A stretch of DNA of 55,107 bases from Octopus sinensis. Lineage: Eukaryota. The stretch covers positions 1-55,107 of the forward strand of contig NW_021833763.1 of NCBI RefSeq assembly GCF_006345805.1, written 5' to 3'. Positions 1-12,465 of this stretch are shown here, in pieces; the first letter of the stretch is position 1; each line of letters begins with the position of its first letter. The notes below the pieces were generated by a model that ran no database searches, had not been told where the DNA came from, and saw only the letters and a list, made by a program, of their open reading frames with translations. The translations under genes were made by a program, and so were the position numbers.

Positions 1-59
1 GTCTGTGTATGCAAGTCTGCATGAGTATGTATGTGTGCCTCTGTAGCTCCTTTAACAGA

Positions 60-522
60 CAGGTAACAGGTGATCTTTCATAGAACTTGAATTCGTATTT
101 CAATATATTTTCTTGGATTTCTTCTTGTCACAAAGGGCATAGCACTTTGAGTCATTTAAGTTTTCAATCTTCCGCATCATGCATTATATATTATATGCTA
201 GACGTAGCTTCTTTAGCCGGCTTCGACGTATCAAGGTCTACTGTTATAGCGTCTTGGCTACCCATACTGTTGAACTGCTTATAATGGTATAAAGGCTTGT
301 CTAGGATAAGCCACGCTTTTGGGAAACATGCTGATAGAAATAACCTGCTACAAAGTTTTACCGCAGACTCAATGTACAACATTGAGTCTTAGGCTTCTCT
401 GCTAAAGTTCTCCATTTCTGGAAGTTGCCTTCGCCACAATTTCGAATCTAATTTACCGTCGTAACCTATAGGCGCAGAAATCCACGCCGCCATCTCTTCA
501 GTTATCCGGCCATCGGAAAATT
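60..522 (-). mobile_element. Possible decayed Penelope-like element 5' remnant
   Basis: 480-520 (CCGCCATCTCTTCAGTTATCCGGCCATCG) matches the hammerhead-bearing arm at 45987-46015. The downstream minus-strand frame is stop-riddled and not diagnostic. Confidence 0.35.
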
Positions 523-607
523 GCTATATATATATTGTATATATATACATGTCTTCGCAATATATAATCAATATACATACACACGCATGAGCGCGATACA
601 AGCGAGC

Positions 608-647
<40 letters not shown>

Positions 648-737
648 AAATATATATATATATATATTATATATCATATATATATATACTATATATATAG
701 TATAATATATATATATATATTATATATACATATATAT

Positions 738-925
738 TTGATTATAGCTACTGCACGCATTTTTTTTCTCACTTCTTTCTGTGTTTTACTCTCTGTGTAT
801 CTTTCTGTTGAGAGCGTACATCGCGAAACGTTAAAGACTGGTTTATTTATATTTCATAGCGCCATACTATACAATTGTTCGTTGTTTCCACCTGCTTCGT
901 TTTTGTTTATTTTCATAAGCTTCCC
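738..925 (+). mobile_element. Short Penelope-like terminal unit with hammerhead motif at 800-837
   Basis: TCTTT-CTGTTGA-GAGCGTACATCGC-GAAAC-GT-T-AAAGA. Same family as 1085-1240, 15790-15960 and 38635-38840. The 3' end runs into (TA)n. Confidence 0.65.
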
Positions 926-1001
926 GTTATATATATACAATACATATATACATACAGTATACTAAATTATAATACATACATGAATACATACATACATACA
1001 T

Positions 1002-1043
<42 letters not shown>

Positions 1044-1084
1044 ATATATATATATATAGATATAGATGTAGTTATATAGACATG

Positions 1085-1240
1085 GTGTAGACAAAAACAA
1101 AGTATTAGTTTAACACGGGAAGTGAAAAAGTCTTTAACGTTTCGACTCTACGCTCTTCCACAGAAAGAAGAACAGAAAGAAACAAGGAGAGAAAATAAAG
1201 AATGTGTAGTGGCTAGCGATCCATCATGGTGAATGCCGGA
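1085..1240 (-). mobile_element. Short Penelope-like unit with decayed hammerhead at 1131-1168
   Basis: Minus strand reads TCTTT-CTGTGGA-AGAGCGTAGAGTC-GAAAC-GT-T-AAAGA. Faces 738-925 across a (TA)n tract. Confidence 0.6.
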
Positions 1241-1244
1241 CAGA

Positions 1245-1406
1245 TATATATACGATGAGATTCTTTCAGTTTTCGTCTACCAATTCCACTAACAAGGTCT
1301 TGGTCGGCCCGAGGCTATGGTAGAAGACACTTGCCCACAACGTACCACTCAGTGGGACTTAACACAGAGCCGTGTGGTAGGCAAGCAAGCTTCTTACCAC
1401 AGAGCC
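1245..1406 (-). mobile_element. tRNA-derived SINE family A, 5' part
   Basis: Diverged match to the family A head exemplified by 34033-34448. Confidence 0.75.
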
Positions 1407-1789
1407 AATAATATGACGAGGAACTCACACGTAGGTGTTGACGTATGAATATCCGACAACCTACGATATCTTTATCAGTCATACAAGTTCTGGTGAATGT
1501 GACATTTGGGTCTTGCCAACAATTTGCAAAGAAGCCCACAATAATTGCAAGTATGCAGAGTATAGGTCATGAAGGCGCTACAGTTGTAGTCACTTTGATT
1601 TGTAACCCCTTAGCTTGTTAATACTGGTTAAAACAACGTCTCTGATATCATTTTCACATGATCGTCTCTGTTTTGTTCGCTCCAAGGCTGTTTGCTCAGA
1701 GGGTAACAACACCACCACCAACAACAACAATGATAAAACTAATACTACTACAAATAATAACGAGTAGTAATGTTAGTAGAAGGCAGAAT

Positions 1790-1884
1790 CAAATAAATAC
1801 TATATAAAATATATATGGTATATAACGTATTATACATCCCCCACATATATATGTATTTATAAATATATATATATATATTTATAT

Positions 1885-1916
<32 letters not shown>

Positions 1917-2158
1917 ATATATATGTGAGTATATATATGTTCATATATATGTATATATGGTATCTATATGTTGTATAACATGTGTGTGTATTATATATAT
2001 ATATGTATATACATATGTATATACATATACATATATATATAATATATATATATACATAAATATACATATGTATATATATATATGTATATATATATAACTA
2101 TGTATATATGATTATATGTCTATATGTATGTATATATGTATATGTGTTTATATATATA

Positions 2159-2198
<40 letters not shown>

Positions 2199-2380
2199 AT
2201 ATATATATGTGTGCATACGCCTTCTTTGATGTTTGCATAATGCATACATATATACAAAACCCACTTAAGTAATGCATAAAAGTATCCAAACATTGCTAAA
2301 TATATACCAAAGTACTTCCGTACCTACCTACACACACATACACACATATATAATTACATATATATCAAACTTATATATAC
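1790..2380. repeat. (TA)n/(TACA)n microsatellite field
   Basis: Direct reading. Confidence 0.95.
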
Positions 2381-2667
2381 AGCAGAAAGATAAATGATGT
2401 GCCTAATGAAGCGAAATATTTCCATTATTTTAGTTTAATTAGCAGACGATGGAGTGTCAGATTTAATGGAGTGGAGTGTTAATATCAGTTGAGTGGAGTG
2501 AAGGTGAGTGGTGTGTCAGAATCTTTGTAGTAGAGAGCCACGAAGTTTCAGGAACATTGGACAGGTAACGGGAATTTCGTAGTTGATTGTCAAAACTATG
2601 GAGTGGCTTGTCTCAAAGTGTAGACTGGTAGAATCTGTTGAATATGCAGAAATGGCAGGTGAGAAAG

Positions 2668-2739
<72 letters not shown>

Positions 2740-3090
2740 AGGTAGAAAGTGTGGATTGGTGTGATTGAATGGAATGAGAAGATTGGGCGCAGCTGTTTGG
2801 GCGCTGTTGATTTGGCACGGCTGAATTGACATTGTTTTTGTGACAGTATGTTCTGGTGCTTGAGGCAAACATCCACGTATTCTCGTGGAGAAATACACAT
2901 GCAGATAGAAAGTGTATGCGTGAGATGATAGAAAGATGAGAGGGAGAGAAAGGAGAGAAGGGAGAGTGAGATAGAGGGAGAGAGTAGAGAGAGAGAGTGA
3001 TTACAATTTGGACTCGATTAATATAAACACTTCTTCCTCCTCTCTTCCTCATACACATAATGAGAAATATGCACTCGCATATAAAGAGGT

Positions 3091-3143
<53 letters not shown>

Positions 3144-3170
3144 GACAGACAGACAGTCAGACAAACAGAG
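2668..3170. repeat. (GATA)n, (GA)n and (GACA)n microsatellites
   Basis: Direct reading. Confidence 0.9.
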
Positions 3171-3994
3171 AAAGAACGAGAAGGGAGAGAGACATTACAA
3201 TTTACTAACTGAACACAGTTGACATAAAAACTTTCCCTGTCGTCATCTGATGCCCATAGAGATAAATATATACACACAAAAACAGGCGTAAAAGAGAAGA
3301 GAGAGAGAAAGAGAAAGAGGGAGACAAGAAGAGAAAGAGAGAAAGATTAAAATTAGAGACATCAGCCGGTAAACATTCTAGTATGTCTATTTATTCCAAT
3401 GTACATCACGAAAAGTCTGTACCTTATTTCCCCTGGCTATACCCCAATCATTATACTAAGATGTACTTCACTCACTTCCTCATGTTTGTGCTTATTCTTA
3501 CTCCTATTCTTTTTCTAATCTTTTTTTAAACAGACAAACACACTGTAGCTATTATAAACAGTTTTTTTAAATATGTGTTAGCCCTCCTAATCACTTAAAT
3601 CCTCTGAAGAAGCCTAGAGGCACATTCATTATCCAAGCCTTACCTGCTCATCCCTACATAACACTGAAGAGATGGAGATAACCTGGAAGATTTCGTTGCC
3701 TCTTGGAAGAAACAGCCGTAAGAAACTAGCACCTACTAACCATCTGCTCATTTGCTCATTTACTCAATTAATCACCTGTTCTTATATGATTATATGCTTC
3801 CACACTCTTGTTCTTGCAATTACCAACTCTTTCTAATTGATATTCTGTACCACTAATACATGTGTATGTATTCATCTAATACATTGGAATGAATATATAT
3901 GCTAGAATGTTTACCAGCTGATGTCTGTCGATTTTGTATCTTCTACACTTTCTTATTTGCCGTATGTAAGTATATATATATATATATATATATG

Positions 3995-4059
3995 AAATTT
4001 TGAATTTAGTTCACGGACCCCCAGTACTACCTCTGCGGACCACAGTTTGGGAATCACTG
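3995..4059. mobile_element. hAT-Charlie-like terminal fragment
   Basis: Ends in GGACCACAGTTTGGGAATCACTG followed by CTCTAG, typical of Charlie TIRs and their NTCTAGAN target. Confidence 0.5.
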
Positions 4060-4148
4060 CTCTAGGTACACAGCACATGAAGTCACCCATCAGTACGTAT
4101 ATCAAAATCAGAGACAATCTGTTTGTTGTTTTTTTTTCTCCTTTTCAG

Positions 4149-4282
4149 GTCGTTGGCCCTGTACTTTCGGAATTATTCGTTTGTCGAAGAGGTCCAAGCC
4201 GTGATATATTTTGCTTTTTATGCAGTCATGATATGGTCTATCTAGAATCACACCCTCAATTAGTCTACTTGAAGAGAAGGAA
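4149..4282 (+). CDS. Candidate host-gene exon, product unknown
   Basis: Strong acceptor TTTTTTTCTCCTTTTCAG|G and donor GAA|GTAAGA. One frame is open throughout (VVGPVLSELF...YLKRR); another gives a hydrophobic terminal peptide SLALYFRNYSFVEEVQAVIYFAFYAVMIWSI*. Confidence 0.35.
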
Positions 4283-5199
4283 GTAAGATGTGAGTGATAA
4301 TTATTTGACAGGTATTTCCATCAGAGGGAGCGGATAATTAGAAGCTCCCTTAAGAGGGTGTCAATGCCGTGTGACAAATTAATATTTCAAGCATTAAGTG
4401 TCAGGCTGAATTCCGTAACTTACGTCGCGTACAGCACGAAACATTTTTCGTTCTAACTACACTACATCAATGAGATACTAAAATGAAAGTAAGTTATCTC
4501 CCTTGGAAAATCCAGTGAGAAATTGAAAACAAGGAACAATTTCGATGCTTCCATTGCCTAAATCGAATCCAAGGCTCGTATTAGAATAGTGCAAAATAGA
4601 AAAATTATTTAAGTATACATATCAAAGTTTTATTTCATCACGATTGTTGTAGCCAAAGAATGCCTATTAATTCCATGTGGAATTGAAGAAATTTAAGACT
4701 ATACTTGTAAACTTGTAACTCTAATCTGCTTTGAAATACATAAAGAAATTTAAATGTATATCAGTTTTAACGGCTGCATTGAACTTTATACACTCGTATC
4801 GCACTATAATCAGTGGAATGCAGTATTATCTATCAACAGCTATTGAATCACACAGATGTGGACATCTCGACATTAATGCCAGCGGCAGACATATTTTTGC
4901 AGCCAGTTTAAATGGAACGATGGAAGTCTCCCGAGAGGAAACTAGAAACGCCATGTTATAAAAACGTCTCTGAGTCTTGAAAAAGAGAAAAAGAACTTAA
5001 AAGCCTAAATTTGAAAATATGTATAAGGAAGGAAATAAGATAACTAGCAAATTGCCTCTACTAAATAAAGTAAGCGTAAGGTAAACTTGATCAAGCTGTA
5101 TGTGTGTGCGTATATATATATATATATGTCTGTCAGTCTGTCTATGTCTGTATATATCTTCGTGTGTGTGTGTGTGTGTGTGTGTGTGTCTGTCTGTCT

Positions 5200-5214
5200 G
5201 TTCTATCTATCTAC

Positions 5215-5290
<76 letters not shown>
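5200..5290. repeat. (TATC)n tract 5' of the Tx1 element
   Basis: Direct reading. Confidence 0.95.
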
Positions 5291-5487
5291 TGACGGATGT
5301 GATGTTTCAGCTCCGAAGGTAATCATTTATTTTGACTATTTATAGGCCAATTTTTGTGTAGATTTTTGCAAATAAGGTGTGTAAGGCAACCAACTTTCAT
5401 TTGAGTGCTTTTCCAAGGGAGGAATTCGCCCCTAGGGGCAGTTTCGACCCCATTTCATTTCTGTTATTTTCTTCTCGACATTAGAAA

Positions 5488-7381
5488 ATGTCTAGAAATT
5501 TTTTGTTGAACGCTGGTCGCGTTCTTTTTTGGAACAACATTTCCCTAGTCTGGAAACGACAGAGAAAAAAAAGAACGTTCGCACGGAAAATGCCAACGTG
5601 AAATTCGGTGAAAGGAACGCTGCAACCACGTGCGTTAACAGCCCTGTCACCACCGCCACCACCACCACTAACAACAGCAACCACGAGACAACAACTGCTA
5701 CCACACCACCCCTCCACCACCACCACCACCACTACCACGACCAACATAAATGATAAAAATAAAACTGAAACGAAAACTATTGACAAAAACAACAGCAACA
5801 ACAAGGACAACAATAAAAATGAACTATCTAATAGTGAAGATGCCAATACAAAAAGTCAACAACAGTAAATTCGCAGATATTCTTCGCCAGAAAAAGGAGA
5901 TTGTTACATTCACAAATGAAGAGCTCATAGAAACAAGAGCTCTCTTTACAACCCGTGGACAAGATTTAGTCCTGCATACACCTCAACATATAAAACAAGA
6001 AATTGAAAATAAGACAATTGTATATAAAATTATTAGAAAAAACAAAAAACCAAATGAACAGATTACAAAAACTGATGTGGAGAAATGTTTAAAAAACATA
6101 ATGAAAGAAAAAGAGTATATAAACTGGGGTCCCCAGTTTAACACAGTAGTGGTCCGCTTCCGCTTCCCTAACCAGGAGTGGCAAAAGCTCACTCTACTGA
6201 GTCTCTGGGAAATGATGAAATCATCATGGTCCCTTTTATTATAAAAACCAGAGGTGAGTAGAATTACTATCAGAATGTACCCCCCGATATGCCGAACAAA
6301 TGGATAACAGGGGCAATCTGTTACCACTTGAAAAAGATCAATATTCTAGAAACAGCCGTGTACCTAAACGACAATTGGGGTGGAAAAACAGTAGTTGTGA
6401 CCATCCAGATTGAGGGGGCCTCTATCGAGAGCCTACCCGACAAGATATACTTGGAGAATGGGCAATGCCTATATGTTATGGCAGAAGGCAAAAAGCCTAG
6501 ATGCTACAAATGTGGCAGCCCCGAACATTTGATTGCCAAGTGCGATCTGGTACAGAAAAAACAAGAAAGAACAATTCAGAAAACAAATAAAATCCCTTTG
6601 TTGCCAACACCAACACCAACACACTCAATTATGGAACAACGCCAAGAAAAACAACAAACCAGCAACAAACCCCAACAACATCACCAAGAAAAACAGTACC
6701 AACACAATCACCGTTGACGTCACAACCATTAAACTTGTTGAATCTTCAAAAAATCGACCCACACCACACCCAGGACGACAATTAAAAAGACAGAAAACAC
6801 TGACGAGAAGACAAATGCTACCCCTAACACCACAACAACACAACACCGCACAAAACATCAACAATTTATACAAGCATACATAGTGATCCTGTTCTTTTTC
6901 CTCTACCCCATACTGATACCTCGGACGACGAAAGTTCGACGGAATGGCAAATAGCCACAGGGGGTAAAAGAAAAAGATCCAAAAAATCCACCAAACAAGG
7001 AATTAAAGCAGGGAGATATCTCACTCAGGACAACATCCCCTAGACAATCAAAAAGTAATGAACCCGTAAAACCACACACACAACTAACTGCAATAGACAC
7101 AGACAATAAAGAATTAATGGACTACATCAAATCTAACATGGTCGTCTGTGAAGATGATTTTAAGACAAACATCATCCGCACACCACACCACACCACCGAA
7201 ACACATCAGAATTTTACACATAACACAAGCACAAGCACAACACCACATACTGAAAACATTATTTCCGAATGCGGTAGGCGGGTATCAACGATACCTGTCG
7301 AAAAAACTATACAAACACCTCATCAAAAACGATACAAAAGAAGAAGAAAAAAAAAATGAAACTTTTAAAATGAGTAAGTGA
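5488..7381 (+). pseudogene. Tx1 ORF1 (gag-like; RRM-like region, CCHC knuckle, low-complexity T/Q tail), frameshifted
   Basis: ATG at 5488; ORF pieces 5529-5753, 5750-6244 and 6289-6717; CYKCGSPEHLIAKC is C-x2-C-x4-H-x4-C. Confidence 0.75.
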
Positions 7382-7438
7382 CCTCACTTCTTGCCTCTTG
7401 TCTCTTCTAATATAGTGTGTAAAACACAATTTTCGTAA

Positions 7439-10400
7439 ATGTCAAGTATGCTTAAATTAGGTTGTGTGAATGCGCGTGGCTTGGCGTCGGCTTGGAAGCA
7501 AGGTTACCTTCTAAACGACATCAAGTCACTGGACGTGGATATAGTAGCTATCAGTGAAACCAGACTCAGTAAGCCGCGGGCCCTCGAGTCCATGTTTGGC
7601 AATCAATTTGACATTTATTTTTCTCCCCCTGTCTGCCGAACATGGGTGGTGGAGGTACTGCGGTGCTTTTTCGAAAGAGTCTAAAGGTAAAAGTAAGAGC
7701 AATATTCCTAGACCCGGAGGGTAGGCTGGTTGTCTTGGACGTGGATGGCAGAAATGGGTGTGCATTCCGTCTGATGGCAGTTTATGCACCGTCCTTAACG
7801 GGTCGGGCGGATTTCTTCAGACGTCTAGAGGTTTTCCTGGTACGTCTAGACCTTTACTGTTAGTAGGGGATTGGAACGCTACCTTGGACACGCATCTAGA
7901 TTATGTGGGAAGGGATAGGAATAGAAGGGGGTGTAAGAGCCTCAAAGACCTGCTCAGACGTTTCCATTTGTCTGACAGGTTCCCACTCGACCATCCGAAC
8001 GTGCCAACGGGACTTGGACAAACCGCGTCGGATCGTCGAGATCTTATCTAGATAGAATTCTATGCAGGACAGGGATAGGGAAGTGTAGGATGTCCACAAT
8101 TTAAAATAGTCAGCTACACAGATCACAAATTTGTTACGTGTACGCTCGACTTAGATAAAACACATAGGCAGGGTCCCGGTTACTGGAAACTGAACACGTC
8201 GCTGTTAGCGCGACAGGTTTACAGGAACCGGATTAGCGAGTTAATTAAGAGGGCGCTGACGGGAGCGGTCGTTAACAACCGCTGGTGGTACGCCCTGAAA
8301 ATGGCAATAAAATCGGAATCAATTAGGTTTAGCAAGGAATTAGCGATAGAACGAAATAGAGTAGAGGGAGACTTAGTTAAGAAACTAGAAGAGGCACTTA
8401 CCACTGGCAGCGCAACCAACGTGCTAGCTGCGAGGATGGCCCTCGACCAACACCTCAACGCCAAGCACGAAGGTTGCGTCGTCAGAGCTAAAATGCGTGC
8501 CTTAAGGAACGAAGGGATTGAAGCTGCGCGAGAGGCCCGGGTAGCGGAGGCGCAGCGTGGCAACAGATCAACCATTCGGTCTCTAATAGATCAACAGGGA
8601 TGCAGTTTACTCGAACCCGAAAGGATGTGTGAGGCCTTTCAACAGCACTTTGCTCGACTGTTTGGTGCGAGTGGTGGGTCGGAACGAGGGATGGATTTCA
8701 GTGCCTACCTGACCGACCTGCCGCGGCTCTCGGCAAGAGAGGCGGAGTGTTGTGAAAGTCCCATCACAGCCGCTGACGTGTGGGATGCGATGGCGGGCTG
8801 CGCGAGGGATAAGTCGCCTGGATTGGATGGTTTACCCTACGAGCTGTATTGTCGAATGCCAGACTTGTTTGGCGACCTCTTGGCATCAGTCTACTGCAAC
8901 TGGCAACAAAACGGGAGAATCCCCGGTTTCGTGAGCCGAGGTGCAGTGACGTTGCTGAAGAAAGACTCAAACAAGGGGAATTTTATAGATAATTTCAGGC
9001 CCATCACTCTGCTCAACGCAGATTTGAAAATTTTGGCCAAAGTAATAGCCGAGAGGTTGGCGCTTGTCATTGGTAAAACTGGTCGACAGGGCGCAAACAT
9101 GCGCCGTGCCGGGCAGAACCATACATGACAACCTCCATCTGATGCGCTACATTGTGGACAGGGTAGTTAGGATCCTGGCATGGGTGGGGCGCTGATAAAT
9201 TTGGATCAGTCTAAAGCCTTCGATAGGTCGACCATCGGTACTTGGCGGCCGTCCTCAGGCGGCTGGCTTCGGTCCCGTCTTCCGCGGTTGGATCGCTGCC
9301 TTGTATAGCGGCATCCGATCGGTGATTCGGGTGAACGGTCACCTGTCGAAACCGTTTGACATCACGCGTTCGGTCCGTCAGGGGTGTCCCCTGTCGGCGC
9401 TTCTGTATGTATTGACTCTCGAGCCGCTACTGCGGAAGCTGGCGACACTGAGGGGCATCCCACGGGAACTAGGTTGCGGGACGAGCGTGTCGGCATATGC
9501 GGACGATGTCACCGTCATAGTGTCGAGCTACCAGCACATTGAGCTGGTCGGCGAGACACTAAGAAAATATGAAACGGTGACGGGAGCAAAGATTAACCCG
9601 GAAAAGTCAGTGGGTTTGCTACTCGGCACCTGGAGAAGCAAGCCCATGCCGTCCGACTGCGGCTCAGTAGTGGGACGCTGGACGGACGGACCGGTTAAAT
9701 TGCTCGGGGTCTGGTTCAGTCCGGACCTCCAAATGGATAAGAACTGGGACGAGATCACGAGTAGAGTGGTCGCTCTCAGCCAAAAATGGGCCGAGAGAAA
9801 GCTGTCTCTAAAAGGCCGGGCGGAGGTGGCGAACGCGTACATCGCATCCGTCATCGATTACCGCCTGACCGTCGTACCTTGTCCCGACGCCACCATCACC
9901 AAACTGGAACGCATACTCTTCCTGTGGAAGGATGGCGTTCCGATGGTGAGGAAGTCCATTTGCTGTCAACATCCGTTGAATGGAGGACTGGGCATGCCGT
10001 GGTTGATGATGCGCAGGCATGCGCTGAGACTGCGACATCTCTGGAAATTCATCGACGACGGTGAACAGGTGTGGGCGCCGTTTGTGAGGCGCGACTTCCC
10101 GCAGCTCGTCTCACTGACCGAACTGCAAACGTGGATCAAAAGAGACCGAAACTGGGCGATTGGCACCGAGAGTGTCGCCAAGCTCTACAGCAGCTCTGCC
10201 GACCGGGGTCAAACTTGTGCAACTTCCAAACGACTAAAGCGTTCTATAGAGGACTAGTGGAGGGGAGGTCCGACGACACCTCGGGGCAAACCTGGGCGTC
10301 GACGAGGAATTCCTAACCCGCCTGTTCAGACGACGTTCGGGCGGGGGGGCCTATGGATAACTTCCAGAAATCCCTGGCTTGGCAGTGCTATCGAGACGCA

Positions 10401-10877
10401 CTACCTGTTCGAGAGAAGAGCTACAGACACGGTTCGAAAACCATCACCGGACCGACCTGCCCGAGATGCGGTCAGAGCGACGAAACCGTTCTGCACGCAC
10501 TCGTGCAGTGTCCAGATATTTCAGAGCTGTGGTCCTTCGTCGAACAGCTGTTGTCACGTGTAGGTCAGGCTCGCCTATCGGCCGAGTCTATCGTGAATAT
10601 TGTTCCACCACCTTCCTTTAAACGGGAAGGGAAAACGGTTTTCGTTACGCTGATGGCTATGGCGAAAGAATGTGTGTGGTGGACGCGTTTGAAAGGACTG
10701 CAAACAAACATCTTCCTCTCTGGTCAGTCTCTCGTCAACTTTTTCAAGTACCACTTGAAAAGGAAGATGAGAATAGAGAGGAAGGCTTTGTCGAACGAAT
10801 GTTTTAATAAAAAGTGGGTAAAAGTGGCAAAAATGGTCAGTATGAAAGACGACACTATTTTAAGCATAAATCTGTAA
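7439..10877 (+). pseudogene. Tx1 ORF2 (AP endonuclease + reverse transcriptase + C-terminal zinc finger), frameshifted
   Basis: Motifs GCVNARGL, AISETRL, LVGDWN, SYLDRI, SYTDHK, GYWKLNTSLL, SPGLDGLPYELY, FRPITLLNADLKILAK, SVRQGCPLS, AYADDV and CPRCGQSDETVLHALVQC, spread over frames linked by single-base shifts. Confidence 0.93.
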
Positions 10878-11178
10878 CCAAAAGAGACAACGAGAAGTAA
10901 GGCGACTTACTCATGTGTTCTTTTTCGAACTGTCTGAGGTGACCTTGGTCTTTTTGTAGGTTTTTCTTTCCAAGGCTACACCTAAACTGTGAACCTTATA
11001 TATATATATAGTGCTTTTTATACACCACACAACAACCCACAGATCTCTATTGATCAAACGTTTTTTTTTTTTTTTTTTTTTGCCCACCCCACCCTCCCAC
11101 CTCGAAAAGAAAAAATTCTACATTGTATTTCGTCCATTTTTATTCTGTGTTTAGCCCTGTGTGGCTACAATAAAAAGT

Positions 11179-11196
11179 TATCTATCTATCTATCTA

Positions 11197-11250
<54 letters not shown>

Positions 11251-11277
11251 CCTACCTACCTACCTACCTACTACATC

Positions 11278-11327
<50 letters not shown>

Positions 11328-11332
11328 GTATG

Positions 11333-11408
<76 letters not shown>
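11179..11408. repeat. (TATC)n/(TACC)n tract 3' of the Tx1 element
   Basis: Direct reading. Confidence 0.95.
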
Positions 11409-11416
11409 ATAATTAA

Positions 11417-11902
11417 GGGTTCCATTAGGCAGTACCAGCATACTAAATATAGCAGTCGAAATGACCAAGTCAGAAGTTTTCACTTTAACACAAAGGTGAA
11501 GGCGGGCAAAAGAAGAAAATCCCTAAAATCCCCCTACAAAACACGAAAATCATCGAAAACTAATATGTCAGACGTACTGTCTGTTAGTATCCTTCGATTA
11601 CCTTTGTAAATTTGCTGCGGCATTAAAAACAGTCATAGCACACATTGGTTGAGATGAACAAAGTCTACAACCCTGAGTGTCAGTAAGACTCGCTGACGAT
11701 GAACAAAGAGTATTTCCCTAAGTTCGAAATCATAGTGATACGGGTATGTATCTGATTTTTCAATTTTCGATTATTTTTGTCATTGGTATGGGGTTTTAGA
11801 ATTTTTATTCATTTGTCCGCTTTCACTTTTGTGTTAAGTGAAAACTTGTGGTTTGGTCATTTTGACTGCTATGTCAGCATGCCGTACTGTCTGCTAGTAC
11901 CT
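11417..11902. mobile_element. Fold-back element with TTAA-flanked imperfect inverted repeats (Kolobok/T2-like ends)
   Basis: TTAA|GGGT at 11413-11420 and ACCT|TTAA at 11899-11906. Arms of at least 130 bp are complementary, e.g. ATAGCAGTCGAAATGACCAA vs TTGGTCATTTTGACTGCTAT. Confidence 0.65.
11688..11745 (+). ncRNA. Type I hammerhead ribozyme motif with canonical core
   Basis: ACTCG-CTGACGA-T-GAAC(17 nt)GTTC-GAA-ATCA(TAG)TGAT-A-CGGGT. All three stems pair; cleavage triplet AUA at 11738-11740. Confidence 0.75.
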
Positions 11903-12000
11903 TTAATTATTGATTGATAATTTAAAAACATCATAGGTTGTTTTTTTACGCATGCAAAACCACTGTTATTATTATAAACAATATCTTTCATTTAAATCTC

Positions 12001-12252
12001 TTTTACTCTTTTACTTGTTTCAGTCATTTGACTGTGGCCATGCTGGAGCACAGCCTTTAGTCGAGCAAATCGACCCCAGGACATATTCTTTGGAAGCGTA
12101 GTAATTATTCTATCGGTCTCTTTTGCTAAGTTACAGGGTCGTAAACACACCAGCATTGGTTGTCAAGCGATGTTGGGGGGACAAACACAGACACACATAT
12201 GCACATACACACATGTACATACATACATACACACACACACATACACACACAC

Positions 12253-12299
<47 letters not shown>

Positions 12300-12465
12300 A
12301 TATATACGACGGGCTTCTATCAGTTACCGTCTACCAAATCCACTCACACGGCTTTGGTCGGCCCGAGGCTATAGTAATCTTGGCCAAGGTACCACGCAGT
12401 GGGACTGAACCTGGAACCATGTGGTTGGTAAGCAAGCTACTTACAATACACCCACTCCTACACCT
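12001..12465 (-). mobile_element. SINE family A, near full length
   Basis: tRNA-like head, internal microsatellite, and tail ...CCAGCATGGCCACAGTCAAATGACTGAAACAAGTAAAAGAG on the minus strand. Confidence 0.9.

Larger units (their letters stand above)
5291..11178 (+). mobile_element. Tx1/L1-clade non-LTR retrotransposon, apparently full length
   Basis: ORF1 has a CCHC knuckle; ORF2 has APE, RT and a C-terminal C/H finger. The 3' UTR ends AATAAAAAGT directly before (TATC)n. The 5' boundary is inferred from the end of the upstream (TATC)n. Confidence 0.9.

Noticed and set aside
191-382. RT-like motif DAITVDLDTSK in a short minus-strand ORF
   Set aside because: No neighbouring RT motifs.
2598-2658. 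ATG-initiated exon MEWLVSKCRLVESVEYAEMA with CAG|GTGAGA donor
   Set aside because: Splicing it to 4149 gives an early stop, it abuts microsatellite, and there is no other support.
3600-3700. CTGAAGA-A-GCC(TAGA)GGC hammerhead-like start
   Set aside because: The GAAA arm and stem III are missing.
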